From positions 42,635 to 106,634 of the forward strand of contig CALXQW010000038.1 in NCBI GenBank assembly GCA_944390805.1: a stretch of DNA of 64,000 nt. Reading direction: 5' to 3'. The notes beneath the pieces were generated by a model. The model was not told where the DNA came from. It made no database searches and saw only the letters and a list, made by a program, of their open reading frames with translations. Position 1 is the stretch's first letter. Each line of letters begins with the position of its first letter. Below, piece after piece: positions 46,378 to 56,579 of this stretch. This DNA is from an uncultured Opitutales bacterium (GTDB taxonomy: Bacteria > Verrucomicrobiota > Verrucomicrobiia > Opitutales > Intestinicryptomonadaceae). A program made the translations under genes and the position numbers.

Positions 46378-47067
46378 ATGTTTGCTCGTACTTCAGATAA
46401 GATTCTGAGTATTATTCTAATTGTAATATTCTTGGGGTCTTTGGCTCTCTTTTGCCTGCGTCTTTTTGATTCTGAAAAAGATACTGCTGGGCATGCTTAT
46501 AATTCCACAAAGATGAATAGTAAGCCTGAAAGGAATAGGCATGTAAGAGAGGTTAAAAGAGCTCGCATAACAGATAAAGCAGCCGATGAATCATCGGAAG
46601 ATAATATGCAAAATTCGGAAGCTGATGAATTGTTGGAGATGTTTTATCAGGAGTCCATAGAAGAGCAGATGGAATTTATTGCAAGGCAGGAGAGCCCTTT
46701 GTCTAAGATGATAGTTAATGTTACGGACATGGAAAGTTTGGGCAAGCAGCTTGGGGAATTGCATAAAGTTATAAAGAACTTCTCCGCAGAAGATCAAAAA
46801 CTTATAGGTAATGCCAGCCTATGGTTGCTTGTAGATGCCGCAATGGCTAGCGAAGACCCGTCTGGATTTGGAATTAGGTCCGGTATGACGGAGCAGGAAA
46901 GAGCCGAGGCCGGAAAGCGAACTCAGCAGCTTATCATAGGTGTTTTCAAAGAGTTCAATGGCTCCACGTATTACGATATGATAGGGACAATTATAGACAG
47001 AGCCGATGGGCGTCCTCCGGCCGAGGATAAATGGAAAGCCATAATGCGCGGAGAGCCGGAAATGTAA
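46378..47067 (+). CDS. Membrane-anchored hypothetical protein (229 aa)
   Basis: A single N-terminal TM segment followed by an acidic/helical region. No family recognised. Confidence 0.5.
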   Translation: MFARTSDKILSIILIVIFLGSLALFCLRLFDSEKDTAGHAYNSTKMNSKPERNRHVREVKRARITDKAADESSEDNMQNSEADELLEMFYQESIEEQMEFIARQESPLSKMIVNVTDMESLGKQLGELHKVIKNFSAEDQKLIGNASLWLLVDAAMASEDPSGFGIRSGMTEQERAEAGKRTQQLIIGVFKEFNGSTYYDMIGTIIDRADGRPPAEDKWKAIMRGEPEM

Positions 47068-47164
47068 TCTAATTGCGCTTGTTTCGCTTAAATAGATAAT
47101 GTCCTAAGAGAGCGATATATATATTTAGTCTGACACTTGCATATATAAGAGTTTGCAGACAGAC

Positions 47165-47200
47165 AAAAAACGGCACGCCTTAAAAAGGCATGCCGTTTTT
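47165..47200. terminator. Bidirectional terminator
   Basis: A6, then cggcacgcc / ggcatgccg (one mismatch), then T5. Lies between the + strand CDS end and the 3' end of tRNA-Ser. Confidence 0.7.
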
Positions 47201-47211
47201 CTATCAAACCG

Positions 47212-47300
47212 CGGAGAAGACGGGATTCGAACCCGTGGTAGGGTTTTATCCCTACACCGGTTTAGCAAACCAGCGCATTCGGCCACTCTGCCACCTCTCC
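47212..47300 (-). tRNA. tRNA-Ser (anticodon GCT), long variable arm, CCA not encoded
   Basis: The reverse complement reads GGAGAGGTGGCAGAGTGGCCGAATGCGCTGGTTTGCTAAACCGGTGTAGGGATAAAACCCTACCACGGGTTCGAATCCCGTCTTCTCCG. Anticodon loop TTGCTAA. T-arm GGGTTCGAATCCC. Confidence 0.95.
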
Positions 47301-47428
47301 CGATTTGAAAATACGCAGTCAATAGGTTTTAAAAATCTATGCAAGAAAATTCTTAAGATATACGCAATTTATTTTTCATATTGTGTTATTTTCTTGCGAA
47401 ATGGACATATTTGTCTACTTGGTCTGTC

Positions 47429-48598
47429 ATGGCAACACACATTGTAAGCGGGATTGTTCTTCTTGCGTTATGCTATGCATGTACTGTATTTGGAGAACAA
47501 AAGAGTTTTAAATCCGGGCAAATTATGCCCGACAATAATAATGTGCATATAAATGCGCATGGCGGCGGATTTCTTTATAAAGGCGGCCTTTACTATTGGT
47601 TTGGAGAACATAAGACCGAAGGAACCGCAGGGAATCTTGCAAATGTTGGCGTGCATTGCTATTCATCTGCCGATTTGTACAACTGGAAGGACGAGGGCGT
47701 TGTTCTTTCCGTATCTAACGACGATGCAAGCGAGATTGCAAAAGGCTGTATTCTTGAACGTCCAAAGGTTATCTATAACGCAAAGACTGGAAAATATGTA
47801 ATGTGGTTTCACCTTGAATTCAAGAGCGCCGACGGAAAACCCAACTATAGTACGGCGCGTTGTGCGCTTGCCGTTTCAGACAAGCCTACAGGACCCTACT
47901 CTTATGTGCGCAGCTTTCGTCCGCAAAAAGGGCGCATGCCAACCGACGGCGACATTGCCGATTGCATAAGCATAGACAAGAGCTTCGACGACGCCCAAAT
48001 AGAGAAAGTTTTAAACAATAACAATTATAAGATGTTAAAGGGCAGGGGATTTGCGTTTGTCAGGGACATGCGCGGCAAAGGCCAGATGGCGCGCGACATG
48101 ACCTTGTTTGTTGACGACAATTCCAAGGCTTATCTTATTTGTTCGAGCGAGGAGAACGCCACTCTTCATATTCACGAACTTACCGACGACTATCAGAACT
48201 TTACCGGACGTTTTGCCCGCGTGCGTTGTTCAGACTGGAATGAGGCTCCCGCAATATTTAAAAAAGACGGAAAATATTATTTATTTGCCTCGTTTTGCAC
48301 AGGTTGGGCGCCTAATTCTGCGCGCAGTTATGTTTCAGAAAGCATATATGGGCCTTGGCGCAGTTTGGGCAATCCCATAGACGGTTCTCCTGAACAGATG
48401 AGAACCACCTTTGGCGGGCAGAGTACATTTGTAATTCCCGTTGCAGGTAAAGAAGACGCTTTTATATTTGTTGCAGATATCTGGCGTCCGAAGAATGCAA
48501 TAGACGGCCGCTATATATTCTTGCCCATAGAATTTGAGAACGGTCGCCCTGTAATTCGCTGGAAGAACGAATGGGATTTGTCTTTCTTCGACAAATAA
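47429..48598 (+). CDS. Glycoside hydrolase family 43-like five-bladed beta-propeller
   Basis: I prefer the start at MATHIVSGIVLL.. (signal peptide). 'HGGGFLYKGGLYYWFGE', 'ILERPKVIYN..GKYVMWFH', 'ARDMTLFVDD' and 'NEAPAIFKKDGKYYLF' fit GH43 blade motifs. Subfamily uncertain. Confidence 0.65.
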   Translation: MATHIVSGIVLLALCYACTVFGEQKSFKSGQIMPDNNNVHINAHGGGFLYKGGLYYWFGEHKTEGTAGNLANVGVHCYSSADLYNWKDEGVVLSVSNDDASEIAKGCILERPKVIYNAKTGKYVMWFHLEFKSADGKPNYSTARCALAVSDKPTGPYSYVRSFRPQKGRMPTDGDIADCISIDKSFDDAQIEKVLNNNNYKMLKGRGFAFVRDMRGKGQMARDMTLFVDDNSKAYLICSSEENATLHIHELTDDYQNFTGRFARVRCSDWNEAPAIFKKDGKYYLFASFCTGWAPNSARSYVSESIYGPWRSLGNPIDGSPEQMRTTFGGQSTFVIPVAGKEDAFIFVADIWRPKNAIDGRYIFLPIEFENGRPVIRWKNEWDLSFFDK

Positions 48599-48622
48599 CT
48601 TAGTATAATCAGAACTTACTAA

Positions 48623-48666
48623 AAAATCCTCCTTAACCGTTAAATTCATCTGTTAAGGAGGATTTT
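48623..48666. terminator. Bidirectional terminator
   Basis: Perfect 15-bp stem aaaatcctccttaac (48623-48637) / gttaaggaggatttt (48652-48666) between convergent genes. Confidence 0.8.
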
Positions 48667-48772
48667 CTTATTAGGGTCTCTTTGCTTTGATCCAATTGGC
48701 AAGATAAAAAGTAAACCTTTTTTATTTAGTTTCGCGCCCGAAACGGCGCATTGTGCTGTATCTTGGCAACTA

Positions 48773-49900
48773 TTACTGCTTTCCCCACACAAATTTGTTT
48801 ATTATCTTTGTGTAGCTCTGGATAATCTTTACGACCTTCACAGAGACGTTGTCGTCAAGATAATCAGTTGCAAGTAGGGTCTTTTCCTTGTTCTTGCGCA
48901 TGGATACCGCAAGGTCTATTGCCTGTTCTATGTCTTTATCAGTTATGCCGCCTATTACAACAGTGCCCTTGTCAAGAACTTCCGGCCTTTCTGTAGATGT
49001 TCTTAAAAGCACGCCGGAAAATCCCAACATTGCGCTTTCTTCAGATAAAGTCCCGCTGTCAGACAGCACGCAGAACGAATTTTGCTGAAGCTTGTTGTAA
49101 TCTAAGAATCCAAACGGTTCAAGGCTTCTTACAAGCTTGTGGAATTTGAAATTTCTCGCCTCTATGAATTTTCTGCTCCTGGGGTGAGTTGAATATACAA
49201 CGGGCATATTGTAGCGCTCGGCAATGTTGTTTATAGCTCCCATTAGCGACATAAAATTGCGCTCGTTGTCTATGTTTTCCTCTCGATGCGCCGACACAAG
49301 TATATATTTGCCCTTGGACAGCTTGAGCTTCTCCAAAACCTTGCTGGCAGAAATTTTCTTGGCGTGTGCCTTAAGCACTTCCATCATAGGTGAGCCCGTC
49401 ACAAATATGTGCTCTTTGCGAATTCCCTCCGAAAGCAAATAACGCCTGGAATGTTCAGTATAGGGCAGGTTGATGTCCGAAATGTGGTCAACTATCTTCC
49501 TGTTTATCTCCTCCGGAACATTCTGATCAAAACAGCGGTTTCCCGCCTCCATATGGAAAATCGGTATCTTGAGCCGCTTGGCTGATATTGCGGAAAGCGC
49601 AGAATTTGTGTCTCCCAATATCAAGATTGCGTCGGGCGCCTCTTTTACGAGAACTTCGTAAGACTTGGCTATTATGTTGCCCATGGTCTCACCAAGCGTC
49701 TTGCCGACACTATCTAAGTAATAGTCGGGCTTGCGCAAGCCCAGATCCTTAAAAAATACCTCGTTTAAAGCGTAGTCCCAATTTTGCCCAGTGTGCACCA
49801 GTATGTGGTTAAAATACCTGTCGCAGGCCTTTATGCATTCCGACAATCTGATAATCTCGGGACGCGTGCCTATTATAGTCATAACTTTCAACTTTTCCAT
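48773..49900 (-). CDS. fnlC: UDP-N-acetylglucosamine 2-epimerase, non-hydrolysing (FnlC/CapG/WbjD type)
   Basis: 'KVMTIIGTRPEIIRL', 'HTGQNWDY' and 'GDTNS' motifs. Positioned after fnlA-fnlB. Confidence 0.85.
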   Translation of the reverse strand: MEKLKVMTIIGTRPEIIRLSECIKACDRYFNHILVHTGQNWDYALNEVFFKDLGLRKPDYYLDSVGKTLGETMGNIIAKSYEVLVKEAPDAILILGDTNSALSAISAKRLKIPIFHMEAGNRCFDQNVPEEINRKIVDHISDINLPYTEHSRRYLLSEGIRKEHIFVTGSPMMEVLKAHAKKISASKVLEKLKLSKGKYILVSAHREENIDNERNFMSLMGAINNIAERYNMPVVYSTHPRSRKFIEARNFKFHKLVRSLEPFGFLDYNKLQQNSFCVLSDSGTLSEESAMLGFSGVLLRTSTERPEVLDKGTVVIGGITDKDIEQAIDLAVSMRKNKEKTLLATDYLDDNVSVKVVKIIQSYTKIINKFVWGKQ

Positions 49901-49954
49901 ATATAACCCTTTTGCTTCTATTCTGGCAAACTCCCTAAATTGCTTTATTATTGG

Positions 49955-51085
49955 CTATACGTTCTCTACGTATGTATCCGGCCTATCCGGAACGAATGCC
50001 TCGTTTGCCCACATTACAGTAACAAGATCTCCGTCTCCTATGTTTGTTATGTTGTGCGCGTATCCTGTGGGTATATCCACAACCTCAAGCTTGTCGGAGG
50101 ATACTATGTATTCTACAATGTCATCGCTGCCTATCTTCTTAAATTTTATAGAGGCCTTGCCCGATACCACAAGGAACTTTTCATTCTTGGAGTCGTGCCA
50201 ATGGTTTCCCTTTGTGATTCCGCTTTTAGTGATATTCACGGAAACCTGTCCCCTTTCCGGCGTGCGGAGAAATTCCGTAAAACTGCCGCGCGCGTCTATA
50301 TGCATCTTTAGCGGATAAGAAAACTCCGATTCTGGCAGATAGCTAAGATATGTGCTGTAAAGCTTTGTCTCAAGACTCCCCGGCTTTGTGTACGGAACTT
50401 CAAGATTGTTGCGCGATTCCTTAAAGCTCTTGATCAGGTCTGCTATATATCCTAATTTTGCCTTATGCGTTATGGGAACAATACAAAAGCCGTTCTCCAC
50501 TGTCTCTTTTCCTTTTAAGGCGTCCATAAAGGCGTTTAAAAGATCGTCTATATAGACAACATGCATGTCCGTATTTGGATCGTTTACCCTTATAGGCTCT
50601 CCTCTTGCAATATTGTGGCAGAAAGTGGCTATTGCGCTGTTGTAGTTTGGCCTGCACCATTTCCCAAATACATTAGGAAGCCTATATACCAAAACTTTTG
50701 CTCCGCTTTGCTTGCCGTATTGAAAAATATAGTCCTCCGCGGCCTTCTTACTTTTGCCGTATGGATTGTCCAACTCGGCCTGTATTGACGAGGTTATCAA
50801 TACGCTCGCCTTATTGCCTGCTTCCGAAAGCTTGGAGAGAAGCTCCGTTGTAAATCCGTAATTCCCCTCCATGAACTCCGCAGCATCCTTAGGACGGTTT
50901 ACCCCCGCAAGGTGAAATACAAAATCACAGTCTTTTACGGCAGAGTCCAGCACTTCGGGCGGTGTGCCCAAATCGAAAGCAACCACATCGGAATATCCTT
51001 CATTATGCAGGCGGCGGAGCAGGTTCTTGCCTATGAATCCGCCGGCTCCAGTAACAAGAATTTTCACTTTTTTGCAGCCTTCCAT
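49955..51085 (-). CDS. fnlB: UDP-2-acetamido-2,6-dideoxy-beta-L-talose 4-reductase/3-epimerase-type protein (FnlB/CapF/WbjC): SDR plus C-terminal cupin
   Basis: N-terminal Rossmann motif 'ILVTGAGGFIGKNL' and a C-terminal cupin-like region ('RGSFTEF..GITKGNHWH'). 22-nt overlap with fnlA. Confidence 0.8.
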   Translation of the reverse strand: MEGCKKVKILVTGAGGFIGKNLLRRLHNEGYSDVVAFDLGTPPEVLDSAVKDCDFVFHLAGVNRPKDAAEFMEGNYGFTTELLSKLSEAGNKASVLITSSIQAELDNPYGKSKKAAEDYIFQYGKQSGAKVLVYRLPNVFGKWCRPNYNSAIATFCHNIARGEPIRVNDPNTDMHVVYIDDLLNAFMDALKGKETVENGFCIVPITHKAKLGYIADLIKSFKESRNNLEVPYTKPGSLETKLYSTYLSYLPESEFSYPLKMHIDARGSFTEFLRTPERGQVSVNITKSGITKGNHWHDSKNEKFLVVSGKASIKFKKIGSDDIVEYIVSSDKLEVVDIPTGYAHNITNIGDGDLVTVMWANEAFVPDRPDTYVENV

Positions 51086-52092
51086 TGGGCGAGCTCGTCC
51101 TGCACGTATTTTAACTCAAGAAGCTTTTCCTTAATTTGCGGAACGTCAAGCTGGAGAGTGTTGTTTGAGTTGTACTCTTCCATAGACGAGAACTTCTCGT
51201 TGCCTTTCTCAAAATATTTCTCGTAGTTTAAATCGCGTGAATCCGCCGGAATCCTGAAGAAATTGCCCATATCTGTCGCGCGGACGTATTCCTCCCTTGT
51301 AAGAAGGGTCTCATAGAGCTTTTCCCCGTGGCGCACACCTATAATCTTGGGGGCGTACTTTACCCCGAAGAGCTCGCATACGGCTTTTCCCAAATTTTCT
51401 ATAGTGCAGGCGGGAGCCTTCTGAACCATAATATCTCCGGGGTGCGCATTCTCAAATGCAAATATAACAAGCTCCACAGCTTCCTCAAGGCTCATGATAT
51501 AGCGCGTCATGGAAGGCTCCGTAACGGTAATGCGCCCGCCAGACTTTATCTGCTCAATAAATAGCGGTATTACTGAGCCTCTTGAACACATCACATTGCC
51601 GTAGCGTGTTCCGCATATCATTGTGTTTGCGCTTGTCCTTGAACGAGCAACAAACACCTTTTCCATCATCGCTTTGGATATCCCCATTGCGTTTACTGGA
51701 TACGCAGCCTTGTCGGTAGAAAGGCATATTACTTTCTTTACGCCCTCGTCTATGGCAGCCGAAAGTATATTGTCTGTGCCTATCACATTTGTCTTTACCG
51801 CCTCCATCGGGAAAAACTCGCACGATGGAACCTGCTTTAACGCCGCAGCATGAAAGACAAAATCAACCTCGTCCATTGCGGGCCTCACCGACGATATGTC
51901 TCGCACATCTCCTATGTAAAATTTCAATTTGGAGTTTGCGTACTGCTTGCGCATATCGTCCTGCTTTTTTTCATCGCGCGAAAATACTCTTATCTCGCCG
52001 ATATCTGTATCAAGAAATCTCTTTAGGACCGCGTCTCCGAACGAACCCGTGCCCCCCGTTATTAGAAGCGTCTTGCCTTTAAAGTTAAACAT
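51064..52092 (-). CDS. fnlA: UDP-N-acetylglucosamine 4,6-dehydratase/5-epimerase (FnlA/CapE/WbjB)
   Basis: 'KTLLITGGTGSFGDAVLKRFL..IRVFSRDEKKQ..M' and 'YGNVMCSRGSVIPLF' are highly characteristic. Confidence 0.9.
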   Translation of the reverse strand: MFNFKGKTLLITGGTGSFGDAVLKRFLDTDIGEIRVFSRDEKKQDDMRKQYANSKLKFYIGDVRDISSVRPAMDEVDFVFHAAALKQVPSCEFFPMEAVKTNVIGTDNILSAAIDEGVKKVICLSTDKAAYPVNAMGISKAMMEKVFVARSRTSANTMICGTRYGNVMCSRGSVIPLFIEQIKSGGRITVTEPSMTRYIMSLEEAVELVIFAFENAHPGDIMVQKAPACTIENLGKAVCELFGVKYAPKIIGVRHGEKLYETLLTREEYVRATDMGNFFRIPADSRDLNYEKYFEKGNEKFSSMEEYNSNNTLQLDVPQIKEKLLELKYVQDELAQWKAAKK

Positions 52093-52257
52093 GGGATTGG
52101 AATTTGTTAAAAGTTAAAAAATATTCTCCAAAAAATAAGAAAAAGTCAAAGGTTTTTAGGCGTGTACAGTTTTCATGCGCTTCTTAATCCTATAGGGGCA
52201 ACTTTGGAGGTTCTTTATTGTTTGAAAAAATATGCTTATTTGTTCACTATCCTCCAA

Positions 52258-53673
52258 ATGAAATTCTTTCCGGCCATAAATTTTAGAAGCCTGTCTGCGG
52301 CGTGTATATGCATATTGTTGGGAGCTTCCGCTTGGATCTTATCGGGCTCTACTAAACCGTCGTTACTTTTTATGCTGGCAGTTTCATGTGCGGCGTTTTC
52401 CTTCTCTGTGCTGGCTATTGCCTTCCCTAAAGCCGCAGGGGAGGGCGGGGTGCGCAATCCGTTCCGCTTTTACGGATTCTGGTTTGGCGTTGCTTTCTTG
52501 TTCCTTGTGCTTTTGCAAATATTAAACCCGTCGGCACGCTTTATCCAGGCCGACAACTATTCTTTCTTAGAACCCATAAGCCATATTTCGTTTTTACCCA
52601 CATGCGTTGAAAACTCCTTCGACAGAGGCGGGCCTGAATGGTTCTTTGCGCAGGCACTCATGTTAATTTTATTTTCATTTGCCGCGTATTCCGTGTTTTT
52701 AAAGCGGGCTTGTGTGCTGTATGCCATCGTTGTATTTGCCCTGAGTGCCTCTGCAATGGCGGCATTTGCAATAATTCAAAAAAAGCTTGGGGCTCCTGCA
52801 ATATATTGGAATTACGAGGCAGAAGGAACTTTCTTTGGCACATTCTTTCTCGCAAATGTTTCAGCTTCGTTTTTCAACGCTGCTTTGGCTTCTTGCCTTT
52901 CCCTTCTTGCCTCATGCTCTTATTTCAAACTGAAAAACCATGCACTGCGCGTGCTATACTACTCCGTATTTTCCATATGCGCCCTTTTGAATGCGGCCGC
53001 AGTTGTGGTATCTACAAGCAAAGGAGGAATGGCCGCCATGCTGGTTGTGTTGGCAGGAGCTTTTCTGATTGTTGTTTTTAAATTCTTTTATGCAAGATTT
53101 TCCTTTGTAGCAAGTGTGGGGTTTGTTGCGGCAACTTCTATTGCTGCTTTGCTATTTGCGGCTTTGGTTCTATTTTCACCGTCGGCTAAGATTTCAGATG
53201 CCGAGGCTAAATTTATAAAGCGCGACACATACGGTTCGGCATTATCGCGCATAGCCATAAATAAAGTTGGTTTTGAAGTTTTCTGCGAGCATCCTATTTG
53301 GGGCGTCGGTGCTGAGGGGTATTCCTACTACACTGTTCCAAAAATGATAGCAAAGCAAAATACAATCTCTAAAAAGCCTGTTGCTGCCTTCAGAGCCCAT
53401 TGCGATTTTCTCGGTTTTCTTGTGGAATTTGGCGTTGTTGGAACGGCTCTTATATTAGGCGCGCTATGTTCGGTGCTTCTTAGGGCTTGGAAATTGAGGG
53501 CAAGGTTATCCAACGCAAACCTTATAGCGGCAGCGGGGGCATTTGGTGTAATCTTTCATGCATTGGTCGATATGCCGTTGCGCATATCTTCCACTATGCT
53601 TGCGTTTGTGTTTTTGCTTGTTGTGTTTATATCTCCCCTTAGCAGAAACAGAGATTCAGATCCGTATAAATAG
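52258..53673 (+). CDS. O-antigen ligase/polymerase-family membrane protein (Wzy_C domain)
   Basis: About 10-12 TM segments. 'AHCDFLGFLVEFGVVGTALILGAL' matches the H-x-x-x-L-x-x-x-x-E-x-G-x-x-G motif of the O-antigen ligase family. I prefer the start at M33 (MKFFPAINF). Confidence 0.75.
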   Translation: MKFFPAINFRSLSAACICILLGASAWILSGSTKPSLLFMLAVSCAAFSFSVLAIAFPKAAGEGGVRNPFRFYGFWFGVAFLFLVLLQILNPSARFIQADNYSFLEPISHISFLPTCVENSFDRGGPEWFFAQALMLILFSFAAYSVFLKRACVLYAIVVFALSASAMAAFAIIQKKLGAPAIYWNYEAEGTFFGTFFLANVSASFFNAALASCLSLLASCSYFKLKNHALRVLYYSVFSICALLNAAAVVVSTSKGGMAAMLVVLAGAFLIVVFKFFYARFSFVASVGFVAATSIAALLFAALVLFSPSAKISDAEAKFIKRDTYGSALSRIAINKVGFEVFCEHPIWGVGAEGYSYYTVPKMIAKQNTISKKPVAAFRAHCDFLGFLVEFGVVGTALILGALCSVLLRAWKLRARLSNANLIAAAGAFGVIFHALVDMPLRISSTMLAFVFLLVVFISPLSRNRDSDPYK

Positions 53674-53716
53674 TATTTGTATATTTTGCAGATAATAAAA
53701 AATACTGACTGCAAAA

Positions 53717-53741
53717 AAAGCCCGGTTGTTTTCCGGGCTTT
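53717..53741. terminator. Bidirectional terminator
   Basis: aaagcccgg (53717-53725) / ccgggcttt (53733-53741), flanked by A7 and T-runs, between convergent genes. Confidence 0.8.
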
Positions 53742-53787
53742 TTGCGTGTAATTATATATTTTAAATCTACCTGAATGCTAAATGGCG

Positions 53788-56157
53788 TTATTTAACCAGT
53801 TCTATTCCGTCCGGCAGATCGAGCTTATATTGGGGTTTCCCGTCGGGGCCGGCTGAGTACGATGCCTTTATTTCTCCTTGCGGGGTTGGGTACTTTGCGC
53901 GAGCAGATTTCTCAAAGAAATTCGGCTTTGCGCTAACTTTCTTCCACCCCGGAGCCTCTTGCCTTACTCCGAGAAGTATGCGTGGAATTAGGAATAACGG
54001 ATGCGCGCTCCATGCGTGCGACAGGGACGGGCTGTTCTCAAAGTTCTCAAATGTGCTGCCATATTCCGCCATCTCGTTCCAGCGCGATTTGATAAATTCG
54101 TAGCATTCTTTCTCATGCCCTTCTTTTATCATTAGGTCCAGCACATATACCGCCCAGTAAGACGATGGATCGTTAGGCTTCTTTTCTCCTTTCAAATATG
54201 GCATTATTATTTTTTCCTTCGCCTTTTCAAAGTCGAAATCAAGATTGCACAACTTCCCCAAAACTTGGGCGTGAATGGAAGTTTTTGGGTTTGGAGAGCC
54301 GTCGTCTCTTAACCCGTCTATCACAAGAGATTCTGCCCCCACAAGATGTTTTTGCGCAGCCTCCCTCAACTTTGTGGCTCTTTGTGCGTAGAGCTTTGCA
54401 TCTTCAGGCATACCGGCAACTTTAGCCATCTCGGAGAGCCTGTCGAGCGCGTGCAATAGCCAAAGATTCAGCACTGTCGGCTGGCCGTTCTTTTGTATGT
54501 TTGTCCAGTCTAGGAACAACCAATAGCGCTGGTCGAACTTAACAAGGCCGGTATTGGGATCTGTCATGGTATCGAAATAGGCAAGTATTCCATCGGCGGT
54601 ATCCTTGTGCTCCTTGAATGCGGATATGTCGCCTGTCTGCCAGTAGTAGTCCCACAAGGTTAGTATCCAGACAAGGTTGAAGTCGGGCAGAATGCATGTG
54701 TGTGCAATAGTAGGAGCGTGCCCGTACAACAGCCCGTTTGGAACCTTCTGCCCTGTCATTATGCGTATGCCGCGGCGCAGCAGGGAAGGGTCGTTCTCTA
54801 GCATGAAGGTGTTCCAGCTCTGAACGCGCGCATCACCCCACCACATTGCCTGCTCCCTCCAGGGAGTGTCAACATAAGCGTCAAGCGCGCATACTCTCTG
54901 CCCATTTCGGCATGCCTCCCACAGCTTGTTTACATAGTCGTTCGAGCAGGAGAAATTCTCGGCACCGTCGAGCGGATATGAACTGCGCCGCAGCTTCAGC
55001 GATATTTCAAGGTTGTCAGCAGAGCTTTCCCTAACCCTCAGTATTGCGTATCTAAAACCCATTGAGTGGAAAAATTGCCAGAAATTGTCCCCGTTTGCGC
55101 ATATCATGCGGTCTGCAAGCGATATCCTGCTATGGGTGAAAGTCTCTATGCTAGGCGTGAGATTCTCCGCCCTCTCTGAAAACTGTATGTCTATAATTTC
55201 TCCTCCGTTTGCGCCGCGCACGTCAAGTATTGGCATGCCTACAACCGTCTTGCCAAAATCCAATACATAGCTTTTGAATTTTCCGCTGGGTATTGCGCCA
55301 ACTTTGACAGACTCAGCTTCTCCTGATGCGGGAGAATGTTTTACACCTTCATCGAGCAGAAGAGCGGATATGTTCCTTACAAATTTATCGGAACTTTTTG
55401 ATGTTCCAGAGGCTTCAGCAATAACTTTTGAGGGCAATACCTCGTCTTCCTTTAACATCTTTGTCCCGCGGGACTCAAGGCTGTAGTAGGGCATGGCATT
55501 GTATGAGTAGGCTGAGTATATACCACCCCATTTTGAATCGTCAAAATCTTCCTTAAACCAATCTTGACTTTCCTGCGCCATGTCTACCTGTTCCTGCGCG
55601 CCAGTTATCTGAATAGAGAAAGGCATAGTATCTCTTGAAAGTCCGCTTTGGCGCCTGGCTTTCCAGGATCTGTCGGAAACAAGCACTGGCTTCCCATCGG
55701 CTTCAAGACAGAACAGAAGTGCGCAGGCTTGTCCTTCTGTCCTGTATCCGAAGGAACTCTTTCCAGGGCTGTATACCCTGACGGCAATTCGGTTCTTTCC
55801 CTCCTTAAGATATTTCGCCGCATCAAAGATATCGCACGGCTGAGATATTTGGTATCCGCGCGCTGGACCGCTTGATACATATTTGCCATTTATATAAAGC
55901 CTGTATGCCTGATCGGCACTTATCAGCAACTTCGCCGTTTTTGGAGCTTTTTGGAGAGTGAAACTCTTTGCGTAGAGAGTGTAGAGATTATACGGATCGT
56001 CCTCCGGATTGCTTGCAAAAATCCATTTTGCCTTTTTTACAGATTCAGGGATTTCCCCGAATGTATCAAGCTCTGCATTTACCGCCGGAATAAATCCAAC
56101 TGTGCAGAACATTAAAATTGTACCAACTCTAAAAATAATCCTCCTGAATTTTTCCAT
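53788..56157 (-). CDS. Alpha-L-rhamnosidase-like (GH78-like) six-hairpin glycosidase
   Basis: Signal peptide. N-terminal 'AKWIFAS...LYAKSFTL.KAPKTAKLLISADQAYRLYINGKYV' resembles the GH78 N-domain. The C-terminal (alpha/alpha)6-like region is Trp-rich (WWGDARVQ..). Confidence 0.6.
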   Translation of the reverse strand: MEKFRRIIFRVGTILMFCTVGFIPAVNAELDTFGEIPESVKKAKWIFASNPEDDPYNLYTLYAKSFTLQKAPKTAKLLISADQAYRLYINGKYVSSGPARGYQISQPCDIFDAAKYLKEGKNRIAVRVYSPGKSSFGYRTEGQACALLFCLEADGKPVLVSDRSWKARRQSGLSRDTMPFSIQITGAQEQVDMAQESQDWFKEDFDDSKWGGIYSAYSYNAMPYYSLESRGTKMLKEDEVLPSKVIAEASGTSKSSDKFVRNISALLLDEGVKHSPASGEAESVKVGAIPSGKFKSYVLDFGKTVVGMPILDVRGANGGEIIDIQFSERAENLTPSIETFTHSRISLADRMICANGDNFWQFFHSMGFRYAILRVRESSADNLEISLKLRRSSYPLDGAENFSCSNDYVNKLWEACRNGQRVCALDAYVDTPWREQAMWWGDARVQSWNTFMLENDPSLLRRGIRIMTGQKVPNGLLYGHAPTIAHTCILPDFNLVWILTLWDYYWQTGDISAFKEHKDTADGILAYFDTMTDPNTGLVKFDQRYWLFLDWTNIQKNGQPTVLNLWLLHALDRLSEMAKVAGMPEDAKLYAQRATKLREAAQKHLVGAESLVIDGLRDDGSPNPKTSIHAQVLGKLCNLDFDFEKAKEKIIMPYLKGEKKPNDPSSYWAVYVLDLMIKEGHEKECYEFIKSRWNEMAEYGSTFENFENSPSLSHAWSAHPLFLIPRILLGVRQEAPGWKKVSAKPNFFEKSARAKYPTPQGEIKASYSAGPDGKPQYKLDLPDGIELVK

Positions 56158-56214
56158 GGAGAAATTATTTTGAGAAAATCTTTGCCAAGCAAGCTTTTTG
56201 TGGAGTTTTAGTTG

Positions 56215-56553
56215 CTACCACTTTTTAAAAACCACAAAAACAGCTAAAATCATCAATGCAAATCCCGCAATATGATTCCACTTAATCTCCTCTTTTAGGT
56301 ATAGGGCGGAGAAAACTAAGAATACAAGCAAGGTTATGGCCTCTTGCATTGTCTTAAGCTCGGCTACCGACAAATACTTATTGCCTATTCTATTTGCCGG
56401 CACTTGGAAGCAATATTCAAAAAATGCAATTGCCCAGCTTACCGGTATTACTATCCACAATGCGGCATCCTTAAATTTTAGGTGTCCGTACCACGCAAAC
56501 ATCATAAAACAGTTTGCTATGAGCAACAGAACTGCCGGAACCAGATATTTCAT
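56215..56553 (-). CDS. DMT-superfamily small membrane protein (DUF486)
   Basis: 112 aa with four TM segments. 'MFAWYGHLKF' is typical of DUF486. Confidence 0.7.
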   Translation of the reverse strand: MKYLVPAVLLLIANCFMMFAWYGHLKFKDAALWIVIPVSWAIAFFEYCFQVPANRIGNKYLSVAELKTMQEAITLLVFLVFSALYLKEEIKWNHIAGFALMILAVFVVFKKW

Positions 56554-56579
56554 TGAGAAATTCTACCAAACTAAATTTT

